From NCBI GenBank assembly GCA_963700855.1, contig CAVOYV010000005.1, forward strand, positions 70,206-134,205: a stretch of 64,000 nt of DNA, given 5' to 3'. Of this stretch, positions 36,201 through 45,509 are shown piece by piece (position 1 is the first letter of the stretch; the number at the start of each line of letters is the position of its first letter). The DNA is from an uncultured Actinomycetes bacterium (GTDB lineage: Bacteria > Actinomycetota > UBA4738 > HRBIN12). The notes under the pieces were generated by a model. That model was not told the origin of the DNA and did no database searches. It saw only the letters and a list, made by a program, of their open reading frames with translations. The translations under genes and the position numbers were made by a program.

Positions 36201-36468
36201 CTTGCAGCTGGAGCTGTACGGCCTCGCGTGCGTCGAGGTCTGGCGCAAACGGCCCGAGGACGTGACGTTGACCTACTTCTACCTGGGTCGCGGTGAGGTG
36301 TCGTCGCGCCCGATGGGCGACCCCGACGAGGTTCGCGACCGCCTGGCCGAGTCGCTCGCGCGGATCGCCGAGGGGGCGTTCGATCCAGCGCCGGGGCGCG
36401 CGTGCCGCTTCTGCGACTTCCGGTCGTTCTGCGACGCGGGGATGGCCTGGCTGGCCGAGAACCGGTAG
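33241..36468 (+). CDS. adnB: AdnB-like helicase-nuclease subunit
   Basis: Start MSLPTTVAPEIV at 33241. VLVAGAGSGKTSVM, LLDEYQDTN, NFRSG, TIHVAKGLEFDHVFV, VALTRAR, CPKRFYW, GRIDAIF...VVDWKTG, CRFCDFRSFC. Confidence 0.8.
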   Translation: MSLPTTVAPEIVDALGAIPTEEQWTAIAWPLEPNVLVAGAGSGKTSVMAARVVYLALAALERIDAPGVMPGNVLCLTFTNKATENLRVRVRRALSALAMPEGEEPEIANYHGFAAGLLDRYGVLAGYEPGARVLSQAQREELCGRVLDTMTFEVAKATYQPSLVAKILELDDQMQNHRVSPTDALAWLDARLEQLKGHRSDRSYLAAEERIELTRAAAGYRELKRELGVIDFGDQIDRAIDVIGRHPEIVADHRARFQAVLLDEYQDTNVAQAELMELLFGDGHPVTAVGDPDQNIYAWRGASLYNLFRFPTSFARTGGQAAARLPLFTNFRSGARILAAADAIIGQVPVDQRPDPDKQLRPHPPNGEGEVRIARVMDEWSEATAIAARAVELHDAGSPWSEMAVLCRTSRLFGLLRRAFDERGVPVEILGLAGLLKQPEVMEVLAYARAVQDPTASAALARIAMGPRYRVGFKDLALVARLATVQTRRLKEDYELSEDDAEAEPFLLAEALERLDEIEGLSPEALERLGAFRDELRELRAEARRPVGEFLSEVMRRIGILEELDAELDLEHGATARRNLAAFLDEVHGFAPVQGELTLRAFLDYVEAVEKLDKQEWAPVQPSDADSVKVMTIHVAKGLEFDHVFVPGFAHGTLPNPAIPQNPAERGKSLDFELRGDADILPRYDGNLSRFRDALRAQEIVEERRTAYVALTRARRTLQISGAFWYGDNAWPKKPSAFLDELLDWGESSGLATVARGPAEAGELNPMLGLRQRFVRDWPGPAFPTAPDPMFPEGWRAAARDGVLQPTLLAALGQTERAAFDALASDRRRQAAHLLDRERTDAQAPPPRVPATLSASALVDHATCPKRFYWTTVRPLPRFSGPAARIGTDIHRWIERRASGQGQLLETDDTVDLTHEELVGDPGRIERLRQAFLSSPYADRTPLFAERAFLLRMAGFAVGGRIDAIFGEPDGPWEVVDWKTGSSEADPLQLELYGLACVEVWRKRPEDVTLTYFYLGRGEVSSRPMGDPDEVRDRLAESLARIAEGAFDPAPGRACRFCDFRSFCDAGMAWLAENR

Positions 36469-36471
36469 GGC

Positions 36472-36843
36472 TCAGCGCCGGCTGCGCGCGTCGAGCCGTT
36501 CGATCTGCTCGTCGAAGCGACGGTAGCCGGCCGCCGGGTCGTAGCCGCCGTCGGTCACCCCGGGGACGAACCGCGCGTGCAGGCCGGTCTCGGCCGTGGC
36601 GCGGGTCTGGGCGGTGGCGCGGAACCACTCCAGATCGCCCGGCTGGATCACGACGCTGCCCGACGTGCCCAGGCGACGGTAGGCCCCGTCGTCCACCGCG
36701 ACCGGGGTGGGGCGGAACGCGTGGGCGAGCGTGCTGGCGACCTCTGCGTCCTGCGCGTCGATCGAGACGGCGCGCCCGTCCCACGACGCGGTCGCGACGA
36801 CGTCCTGCTGTTCGTCGTCGGGACGCATGAACTCGACCTTCAT
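36472..36843 (-). CDS. Hypothetical protein
   Basis: 123-aa ORF with non-repetitive composition (MKVEFMRPDDEQQDVVATASWDGRAVSIDAQD...). No motif recognised. Confidence 0.45.
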   Translation of the reverse strand: MKVEFMRPDDEQQDVVATASWDGRAVSIDAQDAEVASTLAHAFRPTPVAVDDGAYRRLGTSGSVVIQPGDLEWFRATAQTRATAETGLHARFVPGVTDGGYDPAAGYRRFDEQIERLDARSRR

Positions 36844-36881
36844 GGTCCTGAGCGTACCCGCAGGCCCGTCGGCCCGACCGG

Positions 36882-37304
36882 CTACTGCGTCTGGGAGTTG
36901 CTGACGCGGCGGAACATCCGCGCGAGCTCGGCCATCATGTGTGCCGACAGATCAGGGTCGTCGCGGAGGGCCTTCAGGAAGTCGTCGCGCCGAAGGATCA
37001 GCAGGGTCATCGGGGTCTCGCTGGACACCGTCGCGGATCGAGGTCCGCCGTCCAGCACCGCGATCTCGCCGAAGTGATCGCCGGGGAGCATGCGACCCAG
37101 GAACTTCCGCCCCACGGTCACCTTCGCCTGGCCCGTCAGCACGACGTAGAAGGCGTCCCCCGGTTCCCCCTGGCGCACGATCGAGTGGTCGGCCATGTAG
37201 TCGCCCACCTCGCAGAGGCTGGCGAGGTGCTTCAGTTGGCGCCTCGAGAGCCCCCGGAACATCGGGACGAGCTCCAACACGCTCTCGAGCTTCGACTTGG
37301 CCAC
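36882..37304 (-). CDS. Stand-alone cyclic-nucleotide-binding domain protein
   Basis: GTG start at 37304 with AGGAGGG upstream. LVPMFRGLSRRQLKHLA...IVRQGEPGDAFYVVLTG...GDHFGEIAVLDGGPRSATV is a cNMP-binding fold including the FGE...R(S/T)A phosphate-binding cassette. Confidence 0.75.
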   Translation of the reverse strand: MAKSKLESVLELVPMFRGLSRRQLKHLASLCEVGDYMADHSIVRQGEPGDAFYVVLTGQAKVTVGRKFLGRMLPGDHFGEIAVLDGGPRSATVSSETPMTLLILRRDDFLKALRDDPDLSAHMMAELARMFRRVSNSQTQ

Positions 37305-37412
37305 GATCGTTCCCTCCTGGTCTGTTGCCGGACAGCCTATCCGCTCGGCTCCCCGTGCGGGAACGGCCGTGTCGGTGCCCGCGGGTATGGTCGCGCGCCT
37401 GGGGTGGTGCCG

Positions 37413-37991
37413 ATGAGTACACGCCCGTCGGGCGTCGTCGAACCGCTCCCCCTCGTGGTCCTGAGGACCGGTCAGATGCCGGTTCGACAGGGCGAGCCCT
37501 GCGCGGGCCTGTGGCGCGTCCAGACCGGTCTGCTCTGCGCGGCGATCGTGAGCGGCGACGGGCGCGAGCTGTGGCTCGACGTGATGGGACCGGGCGACCT
37601 GGTCGGCGACACCGCCGGGGTTCACGCGGCCTGGACCGTCAGGGCCCTGCGACCCACGCGACTGGTGGCGGCCCGACGCGCCTGGGGGACCGACGCGCTG
37701 GCCGACCGCACGGCGCGGCTCGCGTCGACCGTCGCCGACCTCGCGTGGCTCGACGTACCCGGACGGGTCGAGGGCCGCCTGCGCGATCTGGCGGATCGGT
37801 TCGGCCGGCCGGTCCCCGGCGGCGTCGAGATCCCGTTCGCGCTGCGCCACGACGATCTGGCGCCGCTCGCCGCCACCACCCGGGAGTCGACCAGCCGCGC
37901 GATCCGCGACCTGACCGAGGCCGGGCGGATCGCCAAGGTCGGCCGGGGACGCTACGTGGTGCGGACCCCGCCACGCGGTCTCGGCGGATAG
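37413..37991 (+). CDS. Crp/Fnr-family transcriptional regulator
   Basis: Effector-domain-like N-terminus (GLWRVQTGLLCAAIVSGDGRELWLDVMGPGDLVGD). The C-terminal HTH is DLAPLAATTRESTSRAIRDLTEAGRI. Confidence 0.7.
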   Translation: MSTRPSGVVEPLPLVVLRTGQMPVRQGEPCAGLWRVQTGLLCAAIVSGDGRELWLDVMGPGDLVGDTAGVHAAWTVRALRPTRLVAARRAWGTDALADRTARLASTVADLAWLDVPGRVEGRLRDLADRFGRPVPGGVEIPFALRHDDLAPLAATTRESTSRAIRDLTEAGRIAKVGRGRYVVRTPPRGLGG

Positions 37992-37996
37992 GGCTC

Positions 37997-38857
37997 TCAG
38001 GTGTCCTGGAGCAGGGCCAGGCTGCAGGATGCGCAGTAGCTGCCAGCACCCTTCACCGGGCGCCCGCACCGCCGACACGCCTTCGGGGCGGACACGGACC
38101 AGACCTGCGACTTCCCCCGGCCCTCGGCCTGGACTCGGCCCTCGGAACGCAGCTTCCGCAGATGCGCGGTGACGGACCGGGCGGCGAGCGGATGCACCTC
38201 GACCGGGTGGTCGTCGTAGATGCCGGCGACCAGCTCGTCGAGCGTCCGCGGACCGTCCGCGAGCCCGGCGAGGATCTGCGCCTCGCGCTCGGCCCGGTGG
38301 GTCAGGTACTCCCGCAGCTTCGCGACGCCGTCGAGCACGGTCGGCCCATGTCCGGGGTAGATCGTGCGCGGCGCCAGAGCGAGCATCCGCTCGAGCGACG
38401 CCAGGTACTTCGCCAGATCGCCGTCGGGCGGGTCGATGAAGCTGGTTCCTCGGCCCAGGACCGCGTCGCCGGTGAACAGGGCGCGCTCGTCCGCCAGGTG
38501 GTACACGACGTGGTCGCTCGAGTGCCCGGGGGCGTGCAGCGCCGTGACCGCCACGTCGCCGGCACGGAAGACCTGCCCGTCACGGATCGGCTCGGCTCCT
38601 TCGAAGCGCCAGGCGTGCAGCGGCGCACCGACCGACGCGGCGAACGCGGCGGCACCTTCCGCATGATCCTCGTGCGAGTGCGTCAGCAGGACCGCACCCA
38701 CGCGACCGGCCGCCGCCACCACCTCATCGGCATGCCCCGCGTCGGCGGGTCCGGGGTCCATCACCAGCGCAGGCTCGGCGCCGACGATCCACGTGTTCGT
38801 CCCCTCGAGCGTGTACACGCTCGGGTTGGGGGCCAGCACCCGGACGATCCGGAGCAT
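37997..38857 (-). CDS. MBL-fold metallo-hydrolase with a C-terminal winged-helix and Cys4 ribbon
   Basis: LLTHSHEDHAEG (HxHxDH), HAPGHSSDH, then C-terminal CRRCGRPVKGAGSYCASC. The start MLRIVRV is at 38857, and ATGA overlaps the upstream Nudix stop. Confidence 0.8.
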   Translation of the reverse strand: MLRIVRVLAPNPSVYTLEGTNTWIVGAEPALVMDPGPADAGHADEVVAAAGRVGAVLLTHSHEDHAEGAAAFAASVGAPLHAWRFEGAEPIRDGQVFRAGDVAVTALHAPGHSSDHVVYHLADERALFTGDAVLGRGTSFIDPPDGDLAKYLASLERMLALAPRTIYPGHGPTVLDGVAKLREYLTHRAEREAQILAGLADGPRTLDELVAGIYDDHPVEVHPLAARSVTAHLRKLRSEGRVQAEGRGKSQVWSVSAPKACRRCGRPVKGAGSYCASCSLALLQDT

Positions 38858-39508
38858 CAGCCCTCCTCCATCACCGAGCGAGGCATCGAGGTCTCCTCCT
38901 CGGGGGTGGGATCGCGCGTCTCGAACCGCAGAGAACGGACCTCGGCGACCGTCGCGCACCCCGCCAGGTGCGTCAACGTCAGCCACGTCGGCCAGTAGAG
39001 CTTGTGCGCGCCGGCGTCCCACTCCTGCAGGAGCGTCTCCGGATGGATCCACCACGCGTCCGCCGCCTCGACACCGTCGGGGATGGGCTCGAGCCCGACC
39101 GGACCCGTGAGCGAGTAGTAGCGGGCGTCGAAGCGCACGGGGACCTCGGGCGGCGCCACCCAGTGCGCCATCTCCGACAGATCGTCGACGGACGGCGGCA
39201 TCGCGTCGACCGCCGCGAACGGCGACGCGGGACCGGCCGCCACGAGTCCCGCGGCGGTGAGCGCCAGGCCGACCTCCTCGATCAGCTCCCGGATCGCAGC
39301 CGCCCGCTGCGTCTGGGAGGCGTCGGCGAACCAGCGGAGCGCGTGCGCCTCGTCCTCGGGGTCGACGGCGCCCCCGGGGAACGCCACGTATCCGGGGAGG
39401 AAGCGGCTCTCGTCGCTTCGACGCACGACCAGGATCCTCCGGCCCCGAACCCCCGGGTCGCACGCAGATCGCCGAGGCCGCGGCGCGGATCGGGCGCTCC
39501 TGCTCCAT
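38857..39508 (-). pseudogene. NUDIX hydrolase, one frame break at about 39445
   Basis: N-terminal piece MEQERPIRAAASAICVRPGGSGPE (ATG at 39508). The remainder is ILVVRRSDESRFLPGYVAFPGGAVDPEDE...AAIRELIEEVGL (Nudix box GGx5Ex7REx2EExG). The junction lies in a C/G-run region, ggccccgaacccccggg. Confidence 0.65.
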
Positions 39509-39543
39509 GGGCCCCCATCCTCTCAGGTCGCATACTCGCAGGC

Positions 39544-40599
39544 GTGACCGACCGGGTGCGCCGCGCGATCGAGACCGCGATCCAGGAGCAGGGTCCGCTC
39601 ACGTTCGCCGGGTTCATGGAGCACGCCCTGTACGGTCCCGGCGGCTTCTACGAGGACCCGCCGGTCGGCGAGGCCGGGGACTTCGTGACCAGCCCGCACG
39701 TCCATCCGGTCTTCGGCGAGCTGCTGGCACGGGCGTTGCGGGAGCTCTGGGACCTGCTCGAGCGACCGGACCCGTGGCGCGTCTGCGAGGCGGGAGCCGG
39801 CGACGGGACCCTGGCGCGGCAGCTGCTCGACGCCCTTGCCGACACCCCGGTCGAGTACGAAGCGGTCGAGATCAGCCCGGGGGCCCGCCGCGCCCTCGCC
39901 GAGGTGGGTATCGAGCACGTCACCGAGGAGCTGGACGGCCCCGCCCACGTCGTGGTCGCGAACGAGTTGCTCGACAACCTCCCGTTCCGGGTCGTGCGCG
40001 ATGACCGGGAGGTTCGGATCGGCGTCGAGGACGGGCGCTTGGTCGAGGTGCTCGCCGAGCCCGACGACGACCTGAGGGCAGCCTGGCCGACGGGCGCGCC
40101 GGACGACGAGGACATCGTCGTGCCTCTCGGGGCCTTCGCCTTCATCGACCGGATCGCCGACGTCCTCGCACCCGGGTACGCGCTCCTGATCGACTACGGG
40201 GGCGTAGGGACGGCGGGGGGTCCGCTCCACGGGTACCGCGGTCACCGCGTGATCGAGGACGTGGTGGAGGACCCGGGCACCTCGGATGTGACCGCGGGGG
40301 TCGACTTCGACGCCGTCGCGCGCCGTGCAGAGGCGTCGGGGCTTCGGGCCTTCCCGCCCGTGACCCAGCACGACGCGCTGATCGCGCTCGGTTTCGAGGC
40401 GTGGTTCCGTGACGAGCTCACGCGTCAGCACGACGCGCTGGAGGCCCGCGACGGGCTCGCGGCGGTCCGGACGTGGTCCGGTCGGTCGCGTGCCTCGATC
40501 CTCGCCGATCCCAGCAGCCTCGGCCGGTTCCGGTGGCTCCTGCTCGCCACGCCGGGTCTGCCGGCTCCCGCCTGGCTCGAGCGCGTGCTGGCTCAGTAG
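39544..40599 (+). CDS. Class I SAM-dependent methyltransferase, DUF185/MidA (NDUFAF7)-like
   Basis: FAGFMEHALYGPGGFY...DFVTSPHVHPVFGELLA...VCEAGAGDGTLARQLL...VVANELLDNLPF. Confidence 0.75.
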   Translation: MTDRVRRAIETAIQEQGPLTFAGFMEHALYGPGGFYEDPPVGEAGDFVTSPHVHPVFGELLARALRELWDLLERPDPWRVCEAGAGDGTLARQLLDALADTPVEYEAVEISPGARRALAEVGIEHVTEELDGPAHVVVANELLDNLPFRVVRDDREVRIGVEDGRLVEVLAEPDDDLRAAWPTGAPDDEDIVVPLGAFAFIDRIADVLAPGYALLIDYGGVGTAGGPLHGYRGHRVIEDVVEDPGTSDVTAGVDFDAVARRAEASGLRAFPPVTQHDALIALGFEAWFRDELTRQHDALEARDGLAAVRTWSGRSRASILADPSSLGRFRWLLLATPGLPAPAWLERVLAQ

Positions 40600-42020
40600 G
40601 CGATCGCCCAGGTGGCGGTCTCGGTACCCGCCCCGCCGCACACGACGCACGACGCGCCGGGGTCCTCCCGCTCGATCGGGAGGAACCGGATCGTCGCCTT
40701 CGTGTCGGCCTTGACCTTCGCTTCGCAGTCGGCGCCGCCGCACCACGCGCCGACGACGAAGCCTCCCTGGCCCGCGATCGCGTCGCGGAGGTCGTCGTAC
40801 CCACCCGCTCGGTGCGTGTTCGCCTCGCGGAAGGCCACCGCGTCGTCGAACAGCGCCTGCTGGATCTCGGGCATCAGCCCGGTGAGCACGTCCAGCACGC
40901 CGCCGAGCGGCACGGCCGTCTTCTCGCCGGTGTCACGCCGAGCCAACGTCACCTGCTCGGCGTCGAGGTCGCGGGGCCCGACCTCGACGCGGACGGGGAC
41001 CCCGCGAAGCTCGTGGTCGGCGAACTTGAACCCAGGCCGGAGGTCGTCGCGGTCGTCGACCTTCACGCGGAGCCCGGCCGCGCGCCACTCCTCGGCCATC
41101 CGCGCCGCCGCCTCGAGCACGCGCGCCTTCTCGTCGTCGCTGCGGAAGATCGGCACGATCACGACCTGGAACGGCGCCACCTTCGGGGGCAGCCGCAGCC
41201 CCTTGTCGTCGCCGTGGGCCATGATCAGCCCGCCCACGAGCCGGGTCGACGTGCCCCACGAGGTCGCCTCGGCGAAGTGCTCCTCTCCGTCGCGCCCCAG
41301 GAACTTCACGCCGTAGGCCTTCGCGAAGTTCTGTCCCAGGTAGTGCGACGTCCCGGACTGCAGCGCCTTGCGGTCGCGCATCAGCGCCTCGATCGTGAGG
41401 GTCTCGACGGCGCCGGGGAAGCGCTCGGCGGCGGTCTTGCGCCCCTTGTGGACCGGCACCGCCATCGTGCCCTCGACCACCTCCCGGTAGGCCTCGAGCA
41501 TCCGCACGGTCTCGTCCCATGCTTCGGCGGCGGTCTCGTGCGCGGTGTGCCCCTCCTGCCACAGGAACTCGGTGGTCCGCAGGAACAGGCGGGGTCGCAG
41601 CTCCCAGCGCACGATGTTCGCCCATTGGTTGTAGAGCAGCGGCAGGTCACGGTAGCTCTGCACCCAGCGCGAATACGTGTCCCAGATGATCGTCTCGGAC
41701 GTGGGGCGAAGGACGAGCGGCTCGCCCAGCTCCTCGCCGCCGGCGTGCGTGACCACGGCGACCTCGGGCGCGAACCCCTCGACGTGCTCCTTCTCGCGCT
41801 CGAGCAGCCGCGCGGGGATCATCATCGGGAAGTAGAGGTTCTGGTGTCCGGTCCGCTTGATCTCGGCGTCCATCGCGCCCTGGATCGCTTCCCAGATCGC
41901 GAACCCGTACGGCTTGATCACCATCGTGCCGCGGGCGAGCGAGTTCTCCGCCAGGTCGGCCTGGCGGACCACCTCTTGGTACCAGCCGGGGAAGTCGTCG
42001 GTCTGCGTGGGAAGCGCCAT
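40593..42020 (-). CDS. proS: Proline--tRNA ligase (archaeal/eukaryote-like type)
   Basis: The start MALPTQTDDFPGWYQEVVRQADLAE is at 42020. VIKPYGFAIWE, RPTSETII, FLWQEGHTAH, SWGTSTRLVGGLIMAHGDDKGL. The C-terminal Zn-binding-like sequence is WCGGADCE...CVVCG. Confidence 0.9.
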   Translation of the reverse strand: MALPTQTDDFPGWYQEVVRQADLAENSLARGTMVIKPYGFAIWEAIQGAMDAEIKRTGHQNLYFPMMIPARLLEREKEHVEGFAPEVAVVTHAGGEELGEPLVLRPTSETIIWDTYSRWVQSYRDLPLLYNQWANIVRWELRPRLFLRTTEFLWQEGHTAHETAAEAWDETVRMLEAYREVVEGTMAVPVHKGRKTAAERFPGAVETLTIEALMRDRKALQSGTSHYLGQNFAKAYGVKFLGRDGEEHFAEATSWGTSTRLVGGLIMAHGDDKGLRLPPKVAPFQVVIVPIFRSDDEKARVLEAAARMAEEWRAAGLRVKVDDRDDLRPGFKFADHELRGVPVRVEVGPRDLDAEQVTLARRDTGEKTAVPLGGVLDVLTGLMPEIQQALFDDAVAFREANTHRAGGYDDLRDAIAGQGGFVVGAWCGGADCEAKVKADTKATIRFLPIEREDPGASCVVCGGAGTETATWAIAY

Positions 42021-42085
42021 CAGGCTGGCAAGGATACGCGTGCGGGCGGGGCTCCGGCCGAAGGCCGGAGCCCCGCGGTGCCGGG

Positions 42086-42694
42086 TCAGCTCCCAACCGC
42101 GCGGATCATCGTGCTCATGAGCACGTCGCCCGTGCTCGTGTCCGGGTTCGTCGCGCAGCTCACGACGTACGTGCCCGGGATGAGCGACATCGACAGCGTC
42201 TGCTGCCGTGCGTCCGAGGGTGCGGATTGCTCCCAGTAGACCATCCACGGCGGTGGCTCATCCGAGCTCCGGCTGTTCACCGCGCGGACGACCTGCTCAT
42301 AGGTGATCCCCGGCTCCACCTGCCAGACGATCAACGTGGAGTCGGCCACCGTCGCCGCGTAGGTGAAGGCCACCATGGTCCGGGCGTTCACCTCGGCGGG
42401 GCCGCTGTACGTGCAGTTGGCGCCGTCGAACGCGACGAACGCCTCCGCCTCCGTCCCGGCCGTGTACGCGGGCGGCGCGACCGTCTCGGTGACCTGCTCG
42501 GTGACCGTGACGGTCTCGGTCTCGGTCGGCGCCACGTTCCATCCGATCAGGTACCCGATCAGACCACCGACGAGCAGGGCGACGACCACCGCGATCCACA
42601 TGCGTCCCGCCGGACGACTCGGGGCCGCCGGACCTCCAACATCCGGCGCCCGCCCAGCAGGAGCATGTTCCTTCTCAGGGGCTCTCATCGACAT
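42086..42694 (-). CDS. Membrane-anchored hypothetical protein
   Basis: 202-aa ORF with a TM helix (MWIAVVVALLVGGLIGYLIGW) followed by a Thr/Glu-rich linker and a beta-rich domain. Confidence 0.5.
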   Translation of the reverse strand: MSMRAPEKEHAPAGRAPDVGGPAAPSRPAGRMWIAVVVALLVGGLIGYLIGWNVAPTETETVTVTEQVTETVAPPAYTAGTEAEAFVAFDGANCTYSGPAEVNARTMVAFTYAATVADSTLIVWQVEPGITYEQVVRAVNSRSSDEPPPWMVYWEQSAPSDARQQTLSMSLIPGTYVVSCATNPDTSTGDVLMSTMIRAVGS

Positions 42695-42858
42695 GGCCCC
42701 TTCCCCCTTCTCCCCCCTCGCTCGTGCCGATGGTCGCTCCCCGCGGACCTACGGGATGGAGGCGGATGCCCCTTCCCGACACAGGTACGCGGATCGACCT
42801 CCTGGAAGGAAGACGCCCCAGCCCCACGGAACCTTGCGGTGAGCGCGTCGAACGGCGG

Positions 42859-44061
42859 CTACTTGTCGACGTCGCCGACGACGAAGAAGATCGAGCCGAG
42901 GATCGAGATCAGGTCGGGCACCAGCGTGCCGGGTAGGACCGCCGGGATCACGCTGACGTTCGAGAAGCTCGCGGTCCGCATCTTCAGGCGGTACGGCGTC
43001 TTCTTCCCGTTGCCGACCAGGTAGTAGCCCATCACCCCGAGCGGGTTCTCGGTCCGCACGTAGACCTCGCCCTCGGGGATCGTCATCTTCTTGGGCATGC
43101 CGCTCGCCCGGTAGGGACCCGGGGGCAGCTTGTCGAGGCACTGCTCGATGATGTTGCAGCTCTGCTTGATCCGCTCGACCAGCACCCACAGACGATCGTA
43201 GCTGTCGCCGCGCTGGCCGACGGGGACCTCGAACTCGACCTCGCCGTACTTCTCGTACGGGTCGTCCTTGCGCGGGTCCATCGGGACGCCCGTCGCTTGC
43301 AGGGTGGGTCCGGAACACCCGTACTGGAGCGCGAGCGCGGGTGTGATCGGACCGATGTCGCGACACCGGGCGAAGATGATCTCGTTGCCCATGATCAGGG
43401 TCTCGTACTCCCTCACCACCCCGCGGACGGCCTCGATCACCTCACCGGCTCGCTTCACGAAGCCGCGGGGCAGATCGTCCTTGAGCCCGCCCACCCGCGC
43501 GTAGGAGTGGTGCATCCGCGCCCCGGTGGCCGACTCCATCAGGTCGGAGACCATCTCGCGCTCTCGGAACGCGTAGAAGATGGGTGTCATCGCGCCGAGC
43601 TCGAGCGGATACGAGCCCATGAACACCAGGTGGTTCAAGATCCGGTTCAGCTCGGCCATCATCGTTCGGATCCACTGCGCCCGGTCGGGGACGTCGATCC
43701 CCAGGAGTCGCTCGACCGCGATCGTCCACCCGAGCTCGTTGTTGAACGCGCTCAACCAGTCGTGCCGATTCATCAGCACGAGGGTCTGCCGCGCGTCACG
43801 GAACTCGGCGAGCTTCTCGGCGCCACGATGCATGTAGCCGATCACCGGCTCGGCCCGTGTGATGACCTCGCCGTCGAGCTCGATCACGACCCGAAGCACG
43901 CCGTGCGTGGACGGGTGCTGCGGCCCGATGTTGAGGATCATCGCCTCGGTCTGGAGCTCACCGGCGGGGATGATGTCGACCCCTCCGCCCCGGACGAGGT
44001 TCATCGTGTCGGAACTCTGGAACGCAGGACGGACCGGGGTGTCGACCATCGTGGGGGGCAT
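42859..44061 (-). CDS. nuoD: NuoD-like protein (NADH-quinone oxidoreductase subunit D / 49-kDa family), solitary copy
   Basis: NIGPQHPSTHGVLR, GYMHRGAEK, RILNHL, RMHHSYARVGG. The C-terminal VGDVDK is typical of NuoD. No other nuo genes lie within at least 20 kb on either side. Confidence 0.85.
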   Translation of the reverse strand: MPPTMVDTPVRPAFQSSDTMNLVRGGGVDIIPAGELQTEAMILNIGPQHPSTHGVLRVVIELDGEVITRAEPVIGYMHRGAEKLAEFRDARQTLVLMNRHDWLSAFNNELGWTIAVERLLGIDVPDRAQWIRTMMAELNRILNHLVFMGSYPLELGAMTPIFYAFREREMVSDLMESATGARMHHSYARVGGLKDDLPRGFVKRAGEVIEAVRGVVREYETLIMGNEIIFARCRDIGPITPALALQYGCSGPTLQATGVPMDPRKDDPYEKYGEVEFEVPVGQRGDSYDRLWVLVERIKQSCNIIEQCLDKLPPGPYRASGMPKKMTIPEGEVYVRTENPLGVMGYYLVGNGKKTPYRLKMRTASFSNVSVIPAVLPGTLVPDLISILGSIFFVVGDVDK

Positions 44062-44123
44062 CGTACCGAAGGGGTGCTCCTGCGGCGACCCCGCGCCCGA
44101 GCCCGGGCGGTAGGCTGCGTGTC

Positions 44124-45506
44124 ATGGCAGGCGACGCCCGGCGGAAGGTCCCCTCGGTCGACGCGTTGCTTCGCTCCGGGCCGGGACAGCGTGCCACCGC
44201 GGTGATGGGGCGGGCGGTGCTCAAGCGCGAGATCGCGGCCGCGCTCGATGAGGTCAGGGCAGCCGCCACGCGCGGCGAGGAACCGCCGATCGCCGACGAG
44301 ATCCTCGCGACCGCGGTCTCGAAGGCCCGCGTCGTCGCGTTCGGCCTGACCCCGGTGATCAACGCGACGGGCGTGATCTTGCACACGAACCTCGGCCGTG
44401 CGCCGCTCGCCGACGCCTCGGTGAAGGCGGCGGTGAAGGCGGCGACGCACTACTCGGCGCTCGAGGTCGACCCCGACAGCGGCGTTCGGGGCAAGCGCGG
44501 GACCCGGGCCGACACCTTGCTGTCGGCGATCACCGGGGCCGAGGACGCCCTCGTCGTGAACAACTGCGCGGCGGCGCTGCTGCTCGCGCTCGCTGCGATC
44601 GCGAAGGGGAAGCCGGTCCTGGTGAGCCGCGGCGAGCTGATCGAGATCGGCGGCGAGTTCCGGATCCCCGACATCATGTCGGCCTCGGGTGCGAAGCTGG
44701 TCGAGGTCGGCACCACGAACCGGACCCGGCTCGCCGACTACCGCGCGGCCCTGACCGACCGGACCGCGGCGATCCTCAAGGTCCACCCCTCGAACTACCG
44801 GGTGGTCGGCTTCACCGCCGAGACCTCGCCGGCCCAGCTCGCCGGACTGGCGAAGAAGGCCGGGATCCCGCTGCTGTACGACGTCGGCTCGGGCCTGCTC
44901 GATCGTGAACGCGGCTTCCCCGGCGACGAGCCCACGGTGCACGGCGCGCTCGAGGACGGGGCGGATCTCGTGACGTTCAGCGGCGACAAGCTGCTCGGGG
45001 GGCCGCAGGCCGGGCTGATCGTCGGTCGCGCGGAGGCGATCGCGCGGCTGCGGCGGCATCCGATCGCGCGCGCGGTGCGCGTCGACAAGATCCAGCTGGC
45101 GGCGCTCGAGGCGACCCTGATGCTGTACGCCACCGGCCGGCATCAGGAGATCCCCGTCCACCGCATGATCCACGTCCCGCTCGACGTGGTCGCGAAGCGC
45201 GCCCACCTGCTGGCCGAGACGATCGGCGGCGACCTCGAGGGCGCGCACGTCGTTCGCTGCGAGTCGACCGTCGGCGGCGGCTCGATGCCCGGCATGGTCC
45301 TGCCCTCGTGGGGCATCCGCGTCCGGGTCCCGGACCCGTCGGCGTTCGCCGGCCGCCTGCGGACCGGCCGACCGTCCGTCTTCTGCCGCGTCGCCGACGA
45401 CCACGTGGTGCTCGACGTCCGCACCGTCACCGACGAGCAGGTCCCCCACCTGGCTCGCGCGATCCTCTACGCCCTGGAAGGCGACGACCTGATCGACGAG
45501 GACTGA
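44124..45506 (+). CDS. selA: L-seryl-tRNA(Sec) selenium transferase
   Basis: PVINATGVILHTNLGRAPL, EVDPDSGVRGKRG, VSRGELIEIGGEFRIPDIM, FSGDKLLGGPQAG (PLP Lys). Confidence 0.9.
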   Translation: MAGDARRKVPSVDALLRSGPGQRATAVMGRAVLKREIAAALDEVRAAATRGEEPPIADEILATAVSKARVVAFGLTPVINATGVILHTNLGRAPLADASVKAAVKAATHYSALEVDPDSGVRGKRGTRADTLLSAITGAEDALVVNNCAAALLLALAAIAKGKPVLVSRGELIEIGGEFRIPDIMSASGAKLVEVGTTNRTRLADYRAALTDRTAAILKVHPSNYRVVGFTAETSPAQLAGLAKKAGIPLLYDVGSGLLDRERGFPGDEPTVHGALEDGADLVTFSGDKLLGGPQAGLIVGRAEAIARLRRHPIARAVRVDKIQLAALEATLMLYATGRHQEIPVHRMIHVPLDVVAKRAHLLAETIGGDLEGAHVVRCESTVGGGSMPGMVLPSWGIRVRVPDPSAFAGRLRTGRPSVFCRVADDHVVLDVRTVTDEQVPHLARAILYALEGDDLIDED

Positions 45507-45509
45507 CGC

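Noticed and set aside
37310-37330. A Crp-type operator in the cNMP-protein / Crp-regulator intergenic region (CTGTTGCCGGACAG).
   Set aside because: It has only 4-bp arms, and the TGT-N6-ACA spacing does not match the TGTGA-N6-TCACA class. This is too weak to call.
44062-44123. A search for tRNA-Sec (selC) beside selA/selB.
   Set aside because: The divergent region is only 62 nt, and the region after selB is occupied by the RidA gene. Neither can hold a roughly 95-nt tRNA-Sec, and no cloverleaf could be folded.
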